Source: Phycisphaerae bacterium
GTDB lineage: Bacteria > Planctomycetota > Phycisphaerae > SM23-33
Length of the DNA: 28,052 nucleotides
Reading direction: 5' to 3'
Assembly (NCBI GenBank): GCA_029933955.1
Contig: JAOZNE010000004.1
Span: 1-28,052 of the forward strand
The position numbers and the translations under genes are program-made. Positions 1 through 8,554 of this stretch are shown in pieces. Under the pieces are notes generated by a model. The model was not told the DNA's origin. It searched no databases and saw nothing but the letters and a program-made list of their open reading frames with translations. Position 1 is the stretch's first letter. Each line of letters starts with the position of its first letter.

Positions 1-1072
1 CCTTTTTAGTTACGGTTTTCTTGGCTGCTTTCTTGGGTGAAGTTTTCTTAACGACCTTCTTGGCAGCGGTTTTTTTAACAACTTTTTTCACAGCCTTTTT
101 AGCTGGGGTCTTGGCAACCTTCTTCACAACTTTTTTCACAACCTTCTTCGGGGCTGTTTTTTTTGTAGCTGATTTCTTGGCTGGGGTCTTGGCAACCTTC
201 TTCACAACTTTCTTGGCTGGGGTCTTTTTCACAACTTTTTTAACAGCCTTCTTTGGGGCTGGTTTTTTCTTTGCGGCTTTCTTCGCGGATTTTTTCGCGG
301 CCTTGGCTTTCTTAGCCTTCTCGGCTTGCTTTGCTTCCTCAGCCTGCTTGGCAGCAGCCTGTGCAGCTCGCTTGGCTGCTTCCTTGGCTTCCTTTTCCTC
401 CGCTGCCCGTTGAGCGTCAGCTTCGGCTTGGCGAGCTTCGGCGTCAGCTTGTCGTTTGCGTTGGAGTATCGTCGCGTTTTTAGCGACATATTGGCGGAAA
501 AATTCGTGGGCAGTTGGGCCTTTTTTCTGGGTTATAATCCGTTCGAGGAAAGCCTGGGTGTCCAGCAGGTCTGCTCCGGGGTGGATTTGTTCTTTCATCT
601 CCAACAGGTCTCGCAGCGAGTCGTCCACCGGTACCGTGTGGGTGTCGTAGCACCTCATCGAGACCACCGCCTCGGCAAAGGGCGGACAGCCCAGTTCACG
701 CAAATGTCGCCTGGCGTCTCGCTTGCCCAGCGAAACGAGGTGCTCCATCTTAACATCGGACACCTGGTCAAACAGGCCATTGAGCACCATAACGAGCACG
801 TCAGCTTTGCGACGGATGTCGGGCAACTCTTCGCCGACGCATTCCACTATTTCCTTAGCCTGGGTTACCCGCAGCTCGTTGAAATCCACAAACTCAGCCT
901 CGATGGCAGCGAGAGCTTTGTCCGCCTGGCGACTCGTCGCGTCGGCAAGCAAGATAGAGTGAATCAGCACGCGAACATGCTGCTCAGGCTGTACCTGGGC
1001 GGGAGGAGCGATGTCCTTCAGGCCCGCGAGAAGTTTTTTTATCTTAGGCTCGTAACTCTTGGCGTTTTTCAT
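1..1072 (-). CDS. Degenerate HhH-GPD/endonuclease III-like protein with Ala/Glu coiled-coil linker and Lys/Ala/Val/Pro-rich histone H1-like C-terminal tail (3'-partial)
   Basis: Translated by hand from ATG 1072, open to the window edge (357 codons): MKNAKSYEPKIKKLL...ILLADATSRQADKALAAIEAEFVDFNELRVTQAKEI...IRRKADVL...HTVPVDDS...EEKEAKEAAKRAAQAAAK...KKAVKKVVKKTPAKKVVKKVAKTPAKK. Absent from the ORF track because no stop lies in the window. Helix order and the VPVD motif align by eye to Nth. Confidence 0.8.
   Translation of the reverse strand, partial: MKNAKSYEPKIKKLLAGLKDIAPPAQVQPEQHVRVLIHSILLADATSRQADKALAAIEAEFVDFNELRVTQAKEIVECVGEELPDIRRKADVLVMVLNGLFDQVSDVKMEHLVSLGKRDARRHLRELGCPPFAEAVVSMRCYDTHTVPVDDSLRDLLEMKEQIHPGADLLDTQAFLERIITQKKGPTAHEFFRQYVAKNATILQRKRQADAEARQAEADAQRAAEEKEAKEAAKRAAQAAAKQAEEAKQAEKAKKAKAAKKSAKKAAKKKPAPKKAVKKVVKKTPAKKVVKKVAKTPAKKSATKKTAPKKVVKKVVKKVAKTPAKKAVKKVVKKTAAKKVVKKTSPKKAAKKTVTKK
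102..211 (-). repeat. In-frame 78-bp-period coding repeat in the Lys-rich tail
   Basis: GCTGGGGTCTTGGCAACCTTCTTCACAACTTT occurs at 102-133 and 180-211 (encodes KVVKKVAKTPA, 26-codon period). Confidence 0.85.
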
Positions 1073-1196
1073 CGGTGTTTATCCGTGGTTCGCTGTTTTT
1101 TTCTTGTTATTCCCGTTTTCGCGTTCTTTTGCGCATTTCGTAGTTTGTTGTTTTTGTTTTTTTAATTAGTGTCTATTCGTGTTCATTAGTGGTTCG
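1070..1196 (-). repeat. ACCACG-headed tandem 9-10-mer repeat cluster between rbfA and the downstream gene
   Basis: Minus strand: CGAACCACTAATGAACACGAATAGACACTAAT (1196-1165), TACGAAATGCGCAAAAGAACGCGAAAA (1142-1116), CGAACCACGGATAAACACCGATG (1092-1070). Confidence 0.8.
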
Positions 1197-1595
1197 CTTT
1201 TCGGTTGGTTCTTCGTCCAACTCTTGCTGGGCTTGTTCTTTCAGGCGAAGTTCTTTTGACACTTCCGATATCAAGCTGAGTGTTTCCAGCGTGTTGCGAT
1301 ACTGGATATCTATCTTAAACTCCAGCCTGGGCGTGATGCGAAGTTGCACCCGCTTAGACATTCTGTCCTGCAAAAAACCAGCTGCATGTTGCAAAGCTGC
1401 GATGGTTTTGGACTGCTCAGCCTCGCTGCCAGCCACGGATATATAAACCCTGGCCCGCAGCAGGTCCTCCGGCACCTCCACCCGCGTTATCGACGTCTTA
1501 ACCGGATCGAACCGGGGGTCGGACATCTTGGCCAGCAGCAATTGCCCCAGCGTGTTGCGAATCAAATTGCCAACTCTTTCAGTTCTTCGTGACAT
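1173..1595 (-). CDS. rbfA: Ribosome-binding factor A
   Basis: MSRRTERVGNLIR, ITRVEVPEDLLRARVYIS, ALQHAAGFLQ, LRITPRLEF; lies directly after infB. Confidence 0.95.
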   Translation of the reverse strand: MSRRTERVGNLIRNTLGQLLLAKMSDPRFDPVKTSITRVEVPEDLLRARVYISVAGSEAEQSKTIAALQHAAGFLQDRMSKRVQLRITPRLEFKIDIQYRNTLETLSLISEVSKELRLKEQAQQELDEEPTEKRTTNEHE

Positions 1596-1641
1596 ATCTT
1601 TAAAGCAAATCCTAATATCGAAATTCGTATTTGCTGTAAAC

Positions 1642-4302
1642 TTATAATGTTCGTGCTATTTCGACGGTTTTGTAGAACTCCAGCACGTCGCCTTCTTTTA
1701 TGTCGTTGTAGCCTGCTATCTTCAAGCCACACTCCAAGCCTGCTTTGACTTCGCGGGCGTCGTCTTTTACTCGTTTCAAGCTGTCCAGTACGCGGTCGTC
1801 CTCGACGACTACGCTGTTGCGGATGATACGCACCTTCGCGCCGCGTTGCACAACGCCTTCGGTAACGTAACACCCAGCCACGGTACCCAAACGAGAGACC
1901 TTGAAGGTCTGGCGAATTTCCGCTCTGCCCAGCGATTCTTCCTTTATCTCCGGAGCCAGGCCCTGCTCCAGCGCCCGGTGAATATCCTCGATGATATCGT
2001 AGATAACGCGGTATCGGCGGATTTCGATCTTCTGATCCTCCGCCAATTTCCGGGCCTGGCTGTCCGCTACGACATTAAACCCGATAATCATCGCGCCGGA
2101 GGCCTCTGCCAGGGTTACGTCGCCAGTGCTTATTCCGCCAACGCCGCAGTGGAGGATATTTACGCGAACTTCCTCGGTGTTCAATTTGTTCAGCGAGCCT
2201 ACGATAGCTTCGATCGAGCCTTGCACGTCAGCTTTGAGGATGACAGGAATTTCCGTCGCTTCGCCCGCTTCGATCTTGCCGAAGAGTTCTTCCAGGTTAC
2301 TGGGAGCACTGGCCAGGGCTGCGAGGCTTTTGGTGCGGGCTTCGCTGCGACGATGTTCCGCGACGCTTCGGGCTTCGTCGATATCGCTTACTACGAAGAA
2401 CCTGTCGCCCGCTTCGGGCACTTCATCCAGCCCGGTTATCAGCACGGGCATAGAAGGCCCTGCCTGTTTGAGCGTCTTGCCCTTGTCGTCATAAATTTGT
2501 CGAACCCGTCCATAGCCCCTGCCCGCCAGGATAATATCGCCAACTTTCATCGTGCCGTCGATGTTCAACAGCGTCGCCAACACACCCCTGCCCGGGTCCA
2601 TGCGAGACTCGACCACGAACCCCCTGGCCGGTGCTTCAGGCTCAGCTTGTAGCTCGAGAATTTCCGCTTCGAGCGACAACAACTCGACCAGCTCGTCGAT
2701 GCCCTCGCCGGTTTCTGCGGAGGTTTTTATCACCTCGGTATCGCCGCCCCACTCGCGGGGCTGGAGGTCGTGTTCCGCCAATTGACCCAGCGCGCGTTGG
2801 ACGTTGGCGTTGGGGACGTCTATCTTGTTAAGGGCGACCACGATCGGCACGCCCGCAGCTTTGGCGTGATTTATAGCTTCGACGGTTTGCGGCATGACGC
2901 CATCGTCAGCTGCGACCACGAGTACGACCACGTCGGTCATATTCGCACCGCGGGCGCGCATGGCGGTGAAAGCTTCGTGGCCTGGCGTGTCGAGGAAGAC
3001 CACATGCTTGTCCTCGAAGTCGTGTCGGTGGGCGCCCATTGCCTGGGTAATGCCCCCAGCTTCGCTGGAAGCTACCTCGGTTTTGCGGATGCGATCCAGC
3101 AGCGAAGTCTTGCCGTGGTCAACGTGCCCGAGGAACGTAACCACCGGAGCTCGCCCGGTGAGTTTGCCTTTGTCGCGGGCGTCGAGCCTGACCATCAGCT
3201 CGTCCTCGACCGACTGGGCCTTGGCGACGACGAGTTCGATGTCGAACTCCAGCATGACAGCCTCCGCCTGTTCGGTGCTGATGGTCTGGTTTATCGTCGC
3301 CAACGTACCGCTGGCCATGAGTTTTTTGATAATCTCTCCGCTCTTGACGCCGGTCGTGGCGGAGAGATTTTTTATCGTCATAGGTTCCTGGATTTCGACC
3401 TTGCCGGTCTTGGCTCCCCCGCCAGCCTGGCTGACCCTCCCGCCGCCACCTATCGTATAGCGACGTCGACGGTGGGCTGCCCCTGCGATGCGTTCTGCCC
3501 GCTCAGCGACGTCCTTGTTTCGCCATTCCTGGAGCTTCTCGCCGCTCTCAGCTCGGCTTCCTGTCTTGCGTCGCGGACTTCGCTTGGATGTCTTGGTCGA
3601 CTTTGAGAACTTCTTGCCCTTGCCCTTGCCCGTGCCAGGCCCAGCCTGGGCTGCACTTTCCTGCTGCATTCGTTCGTCGAGCAGGCTTCTGCGCCGGCCT
3701 CCCCTGGGGGCGAATTGGCCTGGCGCGCTTTGGCGAGGCTGGGGACGGGGTGCGTAGTCGGGCTTCTCCACGCGGATAACGCGCGGGCCCTTCAGTTGTG
3801 CGGGCCTGGGCACGACCTGAGGCCCAGCTGGCAGGACAGGTTTTTGCTCGGGAGGCTCTTGCTCCTCTTCCTCGACGGGAGGTTCCTCGACGACGGCAGC
3901 GACAGCGGGTTCCTCAGCCACGGGCTCAGGCGCCGGCTTCTTTTCCGCGACCTCTGGGAGAGCCTGTTCGTCGCTACTCTCAGCTTCAACTTCAACAGGC
4001 TCGGTTACCGCGACAACCTTAGCTGGAGTCTCAGCCTCAGCAGCTTCGGTCTTCTTGCTTCGCCGACGCCTGGCCTTGGCTGCCTTCTTCTTGGCCTCGA
4101 CCAGGTCGATATGCTCGGTTGTCTCCACCGCGTGATGCTCACCGCCATCGGCACTGAACCATTCACGAATGGTCTCTTCCAAACCGGCGGAAAGCGCAGT
4201 CATGTGGTTCTTCAGGTCAATACCCTCCGCACGACATTTGTGCAGAACGACCTTACTGGTTACGCCAAGCTCGCGGGCTAATTCAAATACACGTGTTGCC
4301 AA
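1642..4302 (-). CDS. infB: Translation initiation factor IF-2
   Basis: [48 protein letters not shown] and C-terminal GLECG motifs; TTG start preceded by GGAGG. Confidence 0.98.
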   Translation of the reverse strand: MATRVFELARELGVTSKVVLHKCRAEGIDLKNHMTALSAGLEETIREWFSADGGEHHAVETTEHIDLVEAKKKAAKARRRRSKKTEAAEAETPAKVVAVTEPVEVEAESSDEQALPEVAEKKPAPEPVAEEPAVAAVVEEPPVEEEEQEPPEQKPVLPAGPQVVPRPAQLKGPRVIRVEKPDYAPRPQPRQSAPGQFAPRGGRRRSLLDERMQQESAAQAGPGTGKGKGKKFSKSTKTSKRSPRRKTGSRAESGEKLQEWRNKDVAERAERIAGAAHRRRRYTIGGGGRVSQAGGGAKTGKVEIQEPMTIKNLSATTGVKSGEIIKKLMASGTLATINQTISTEQAEAVMLEFDIELVVAKAQSVEDELMVRLDARDKGKLTGRAPVVTFLGHVDHGKTSLLDRIRKTEVASSEAGGITQAMGAHRHDFEDKHVVFLDTPGHEAFTAMRARGANMTDVVVLVVAADDGVMPQTVEAINHAKAAGVPIVVALNKIDVPNANVQRALGQLAEHDLQPREWGGDTEVIKTSAETGEGIDELVELLSLEAEILELQAEPEAPARGFVVESRMDPGRGVLATLLNIDGTMKVGDIILAGRGYGRVRQIYDDKGKTLKQAGPSMPVLITGLDEVPEAGDRFFVVSDIDEARSVAEHRRSEARTKSLAALASAPSNLEELFGKIEAGEATEIPVILKADVQGSIEAIVGSLNKLNTEEVRVNILHCGVGGISTGDVTLAEASGAMIIGFNVVADSQARKLAEDQKIEIRRYRVIYDIIEDIHRALEQGLAPEIKEESLGRAEIRQTFKVSRLGTVAGCYVTEGVVQRGAKVRIIRNSVVVEDDRVLDSLKRVKDDAREVKAGLECGLKIAGYNDIKEGDVLEFYKTVEIARTL

Positions 4303-4316
4303 AGGAACCTCCAGGC

Positions 4317-4385
4317 CAGTTGGTTTACTGGTTTACTGGTTCACTGGTTAATTAATTGGTCGATTAGTTGACTAGTCAACCAGTT
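4317..4385. repeat. 8-mer tandem tract and 14-bp palindrome between nusA and infB
   Basis: TTTACTGG TTTACTGG TTCACTGG at about 4325-4348 and perfect palindrome GTTGACTAGTCAAC at 4367-4380. Confidence 0.75.
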
Positions 4386-5865
4386 ATTCAGGCTGCTCGG
4401 GCTTGGCTGGGACATCGGCCCCAGGCTCAGCCTTGGCAGTTTCTTCTGCTGGTTCTGCTGCGGTCTCTTCCACAGCTGGTTCTGCTGCCGGTTCCGCTGC
4501 TGCGGTCTCTTCCACAGCTGCCTCTGCTGCCGGTTCCGCTGCTGCGGTCTCTTCCACAGCTGCCTCTGCCGACCCGGTTACTTCTGCCGCAGGTTCAGCC
4601 GCGACTTCTTTCGTAGATTCTGCGGCTGGTTCTTCTGCTGTTTTTTCCATGGTTTTTCCCACCGATTTCTTTTGATCAGCTGCAGCTTGCTTCTTCTCAG
4701 CCTTGGCATCAGCCCGAGCCTGGGCTACAACCTTGGCCTGCTCGGCACAGCGGATAACCATTTGCTGGGCAAGCTCAGGTTCCATCTTCAGCTCGTTGAC
4801 CAGCGGGTCCGGGCCTACTTCTTCCACGTCCATCACGCTGACCATGCCCATCGCGATTATCTGATCCAGAATCGTCGAGTCGACCCCCTCGACTTCCCGC
4901 AGGGTTTGCTCCAGCGTGTCAAGCCCGGCGTTGAACTCATCGGGTGTGAGAATATCGACGTCCCAATTCGTCAGCCTGGCTGCCAGGCGGACATTTTGGC
5001 CTCGCTTGCCGATGGCCAGGGACAGCTGGTCGTCCACGACCACCACCGTCGCTCTGCCCAGCTCGAAGCTCAGCGATATTTCCGCTACCTCCGCAGGCTT
5101 GAGCGAGTTGGCAATAAGCAACTTCGACGAGTCGTTCCAGCGGACGATGTCTATCTTCTCGCCGCCCAGTTCGTCGACGATGTTTTTGATCCTGCTGCCT
5201 CGCACGCCCACGCAGGCGCCGACGGCATCGACCTTCGAGTCCAGGCTGTTGACCGCGACCTTCGTGCGATACCCAGCCTCGCGGGCCAGGGCCTTTATCT
5301 CGATAATGTGCTCTGCCACCTCGGGCACTTCCAGCTCGAACAAGGCCCGGATGAAATCCGGATGCGTGCGCGAGAGTATAATTTTCACATTGCCCGGCGT
5401 CTCGCGGACGTCCAGTACCATCGCCCGGACGCGTTCCTCAGGCTGATGCGAATCGCCGGGAATTTGCTCACTTCGGGGCAGCACAGCTTCGCAGCGGTCA
5501 AGCTCGACGACCAACGAGCCACCCTCCCACCGCACAACTCGGCCTGTTACGATTTGGCCTTTCCGCTGGAGATATTCGTCGTAAATGCTGCCACGCTCAG
5601 CTTCGCGTATCCGCTGGATCATCACCTGCTTGGCGGTCTGGGCAGCAATGCGACCCAGAGCCTGCATCGACATAGGCTGGCCATTGATCTTGGCGATAAT
5701 CTCGCCGTCCTCGCGGTTGATGCGAACCTCGATCTCGTCTTCGAGCGTGTTGGCTTTGCGAATGGCAGAGACCATCGCCAACTCGAGGTCCTCGATGACA
5801 ACCTCCGGGTCGATGTTCTTGTCCCGGGCTATCCCGTCAACAATTCGTAAAAGTTCTTGTGTCAT
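4384..5865 (-). CDS. nusA: Transcription termination/antitermination factor NusA with acidic low-complexity C-terminal extension
   Basis: GRIAAQTAKQV, S1 domain, LSRTHPDF, AREAGYRTKVAV, GACVGVRGSRIK, AIGKRGQNVRLAARLT. Confidence 0.97.
   Translation of the reverse strand: MTQELLRIVDGIARDKNIDPEVVIEDLELAMVSAIRKANTLEDEIEVRINREDGEIIAKINGQPMSMQALGRIAAQTAKQVMIQRIREAERGSIYDEYLQRKGQIVTGRVVRWEGGSLVVELDRCEAVLPRSEQIPGDSHQPEERVRAMVLDVRETPGNVKIILSRTHPDFIRALFELEVPEVAEHIIEIKALAREAGYRTKVAVNSLDSKVDAVGACVGVRGSRIKNIVDELGGEKIDIVRWNDSSKLLIANSLKPAEVAEISLSFELGRATVVVVDDQLSLAIGKRGQNVRLAARLTNWDVDILTPDEFNAGLDTLEQTLREVEGVDSTILDQIIAMGMVSVMDVEEVGPDPLVNELKMEPELAQQMVIRCAEQAKVVAQARADAKAEKKQAAADQKKSVGKTMEKTAEEPAAESTKEVAAEPAAEVTGSAEAAVEETAAAEPAAEAAVEETAAAEPAAEPAVEETAAEPAEETAKAEPGADVPAKPEQPE
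4452..4570 (-). repeat. 42-bp tandem coding repeat (about 3 copies, AAVEETAAAEPAAE) in the nusA tail
   Basis: GCGGTCTCTTCCACAGCTG starts at 4460, 4502 and 4544. Confidence 0.9.
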
Positions 5866-5916
5866 AATTCACGCTTTCCAAAACAAGCCTATCAGGCCAT
5901 AAAAAACATTAAATGC

Positions 5917-5983
5917 ACCACGAAGGACATGAAGATAACGAAGTTGGTTTTTTTATCTAAAAAATCTTCATAAACTTCATGGT
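5917..5983. repeat. Imperfect inverted repeat of the CATGAAG 9-mer family upstream of nusA
   Basis: ACCACGAAGGACATGAAG (5917-5934) faces CTTCATAAACTTCATGGT (5966-5983). Confidence 0.7.
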
Positions 5984-6027
5984 AAAAATAAAATCCGTAG
6001 CCTCGTGTTCGTCTGCCAAGAGTCCAT

Positions 6028-6055
6028 AAAAAAAAGCGGACCATTTCGCCCACTT
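6028..6055 (-). terminator. Intrinsic terminator/attenuator hairpin in the nusA-operon leader
   Basis: Minus strand AAGTGGGC-GAAATG-GTCCGCTT followed by a T run; resembles the AGTGGG...CCCACT-U hairpin commonly seen ahead of rimP-nusA operons. Confidence 0.65.
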
Positions 6056-6371
6056 CCCAAGCAACACAACTGCGAGTTTCAGCCAACTGAACCCCCGCAA
6101 CGCCTACGACGCGCGAAAGCCAGCTGCCCAAAGCTCAGCCTGGCGGACCGGTGCACATTTCCGCACCGCTACGCCCCTGGGGCGATATCAACATGGACCC
6201 TGGCCAACTCACTGACCAAAATCCTCGATAAATAACAGGCCATTCGTCACGACATCGACTCCATGACCAAAAAAACTTTCGTATGCATGTTCGTTTCCTC
6301 GCGCCAGTCCGTTGGCTCAAGACCCTGCCGAAAAACTGCCAATATATCACCGCTAAAACATAAGTCGCGTA

Positions 6372-6401
6372 ATTCTACGAAACTACAACCCACCCGGTCA
6401 A
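6372..6401 (-). promoter_or_regulatory. Putative sigma-70 promoter of the nusA-infB-rbfA operon
   Basis: Minus strand TTGACC (6401-6396), 18 nt, TAGAAT (6377-6372), with T-tracts upstream. Confidence 0.55.
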
Positions 6402-6428
6402 TAAAAAAAAGTAAAAAAGTAAAAAAGT

Positions 6429-6450
6429 AATCCGTGTAATCCGTGGACTC
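6429..6450. repeat. AATCCGTG(T/A)AATCCGTGGACTC repeat copy
   Basis: AATCCGTGTAATCCGTGGACTC shares its core with the copies at 24525-24552 and 24924-24951. Confidence 0.75.
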
Positions 6451-6501
6451 GTGATGATAGCGGACTCTTGATGGTAACAGGCAAGCTGGGAATAGGAGAT
6501 G

Positions 6502-6526
6502 CAATCCGAAATCAAAAATCCGAAAT
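6502..6526. repeat. 25-bp AATCCGAAATC-family repeat
   Basis: CAATCCGAAATCAAAAATCCGAAAT is identical to 27116-27140. Confidence 0.85.
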
Positions 6527-6538
6527 GGACTAATGGAT

Positions 6539-7054
6539 TTATCGGTTGCGATTTACGCGTGGGCAGGCAGAGGCTGAGAATTGTCTCATGCCGCTGGGCG
6601 TGTTCAGCGTGATGGTAACGGTTACCAGCGAGACGAACGAGCCATCGCCGTCAGCTCCCGTGCCGACGGTGGTGGTGAACTCGCTCACCGAGACGCCGTC
6701 TCCAGTTCCCAGCAGGTCGTAGCTGGTGCTCTGCCCGGCGGCGGTGGTGGTGTAAATGAACACGCCGTTGTCGAGGACGTACTGGATAAGCTCAACCTGG
6801 CTTGTGTCAGCTGGGGTAATTTGCAGCAGATTTGCAGAGCTTGTAACATTGGCAGCAGCCCGGATTTCCCGCATCATCCTCTCCAGGATAGCCCGGGAGG
6901 ACTGGTTCATCTCGCTGCTGTTGATATTTTCTTCGTAGTTCGTCAGTGCGCTGCTAAGGGCCATGCTGGTCGCACCCATCAGCAGAGCAAGCAGCACGAC
7001 GCTGACAAGCAGCTCGGCGAGGGTAAAACCATGGTTTTTCGGGGATTTACACAT
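6539..7054 (-). CDS. Prepilin-type N-terminal cleavage/methylation protein (pseudopilin, PulJ/PilW-like)
   Basis: KNHG|FTLAELLVSVVLLALL: Gly at -1, Phe +1, Glu +5, then a hydrophobic helix. Confidence 0.85.
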   Translation of the reverse strand: MCKSPKNHGFTLAELLVSVVLLALLMGATSMALSSALTNYEENINSSEMNQSSRAILERMMREIRAAANVTSSANLLQITPADTSQVELIQYVLDNGVFIYTTTAAGQSTSYDLLGTGDGVSVSEFTTTVGTGADGDGSFVSLVTVTITLNTPSGMRQFSASACPRVNRNR

Positions 7055-7242
7055 CTTGCATACAACCCGTCCATATCGTCAGCCTGGCCTGATCGAAGCA
7101 CAATCAGCCTGTGTGCAACGTAGGATATCTTTTGGAACAAGGCAAATAAAAGTGGGTTTTTATAGTAAGAAAAAGAAGTCTACCGCGAAAGAACGCGAAA
7201 AAACTCAAAGATAAAAATAAGTAGAAAAGAAAAACAAAAAAA

Positions 7243-7298
7243 ACTTCATGCTCTTCATGTGCTTCATGGTGAATTGTTGTGTAGCTGTGAACGGTTAC
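7243..7298. repeat. GTGAACGGTTAC-ended repeat (half element), copy 1
   Basis: CTTCATGGTGAATTGTTGTGTAGCTGTGAACGGTTAC (7262-7298) matches 22321-22357 at 36 of 37 nt. Confidence 0.85.
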
Positions 7299-7429
7299 GA
7301 AAAAACATGGACGAGACGTCCAAGCCGCGAATAAACACAGCGTCCTCTCGTGTCATTCAAGCCTCTGATGATATCGTGGTTGCGAACGCCGCAACCACGA
7401 CACCCGGCTGTTTTTGTTTTAAAAAATCG

Positions 7430-7600
7430 GTAACCGCTCACAGAAAAGAACCACGAATGAACACTAATAAACACGAATTATCGTAAAAAAACAAAGTTTA
7501 CCATGAAGTTTTTTGTTTTTTCTTTCGTGTTTTTCGCCGTTTTAAATATCTGTGTCTATCTGTGTTTATCCGTGGTTCTTGTTTTTGTGTAAACGGTTAC
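7430..7600. mobile_element. Non-coding MITE/REPIN-like element with about 50-bp imperfect terminal inverted repeats
   Basis: Left end GTAACCGCTCACAGAAAAGAACCACGAATGAACACTAAT; right end, read as reverse complement, GTAACCGTTTACACAAAAACAAGAACCACGGATAAACACAGAT. No ORF inside and no clear target-site duplication. Confidence 0.5.
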
Positions 7601-7624
7601 CAAAATTCGATATTCGAATTTGTT

Positions 7625-8554
7625 TCAAACTTGGCAGGCTGGTTCTGGCGAGGCTGCGACGGCTTTGTTTCGGCCTGTTTCCTTGGCCTGGTACAGCGCC
7701 TGGTCTGCCAGTTTCACAAGCTCGTCTATATCGTCCAATCCAAACACGTCTGACGAAGCCAGGCCCATGCTGAGGGTTACGGGGATTTTTTGGTCGCCGA
7801 TATCGAAAGGCTTCTCCGCGATGCACCGGCAGATTCGCTCAGCCTGGCCCATGCCAACCTCACCATCGCCGTCGGGCAGAACCATCAGAAATTCCTCGCC
7901 GCCATACCTGCCAAGCGTGTCGTATTTTCTGATATGCTCGCTCATTCGGCGGGTTGCCTCCTTCAGCACGATGTCCCCGGCACCGTGGCCATGCGTATCG
8001 TTGACCGCTTTGAAGTGGTCAAGGTCAGCCATGATAACCGTCAACGGCAGGCCTTTGCGGATAGACCGGGCCTGTTCACGCTGGAGTACTTCGAAGATAG
8101 CAGCGCGATTCAGCACGCCGGTCAGGGCGTCGTGGGTAGCCTGGATTTTCAACTCGTCGCGTGCTTTTATCAGCTCGGACTGGAGGTCCACGATACGTTG
8201 GCCGCAACGTATTCGTACTTTCAACTCGCGTGGGTCGAATGGCTTGATAATATAATCGTCAGCTCCGGCGTCCAGGCCTTCGACGATATTTTCCTTCGTG
8301 CCCTTGGCGGTGAGCAGAAGCATGTAGAAGTACTCGCCACCTGGCATGGCGCGGACGTTTTTGCAGACGTCAGGCCCAGCCAGGCCGGGCATCATCCAGT
8401 CAACCACCGCCAGCCTGGGGGCGTCTGGAGCCTGGAGCTTCTCCCAGGCCTCTTGGCCATCGCGGGTTACCTCTACTTCATAGCCCCATTTTTTCAGGGT
8501 AGACTCCAGCACTCTGCAGGATATGGGATCGTCTTCAGCTATAAGGATTCGCAT
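7625..8554 (-). CDS. Response regulator with diguanylate cyclase (REC-GGDEF)
   Basis: Likely start MRILIAEDD at 8554, overlapping the kinase stop; VVDWMMPG receiver; HDALTG; RKYD I-site; GRYGGEEF active site. The track's 394-aa version is over-extended into the kinase gene. Confidence 0.93.
   Translation of the reverse strand: MRILIAEDDPISCRVLESTLKKWGYEVEVTRDGQEAWEKLQAPDAPRLAVVDWMMPGLAGPDVCKNVRAMPGGEYFYMLLLTAKGTKENIVEGLDAGADDYIIKPFDPRELKVRIRCGQRIVDLQSELIKARDELKIQATHDALTGVLNRAAIFEVLQREQARSIRKGLPLTVIMADLDHFKAVNDTHGHGAGDIVLKEATRRMSEHIRKYDTLGRYGGEEFLMVLPDGDGEVGMGQAERICRCIAEKPFDIGDQKIPVTLSMGLASSDVFGLDDIDELVKLADQALYQAKETGRNKAVAASPEPACQV

Noticed and set aside
21-413. + strand 130-aa Phe/Ala/Thr-rich ORF that looks like a membrane protein
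   Set aside because: It is the antisense shadow of the Lys-rich tail (AAA/AAG codons read as TTT/CTT).
6060-6240. Possible tRNA, SRP RNA or c-di-GMP riboswitch upstream of nusA
   Set aside because: No GTTCRA T-loop or cloverleaf, no SRP TCAGG/GGAA motif and no GEMM core; kept only as a generic structured leader.
7384-7395. 12-bp GAACGCCGCAAC shared with the cassette insertion flank at 23620-23631
   Set aside because: Many 12-mer matches are expected by chance in 28 kb, and no attC structure surrounds this copy.
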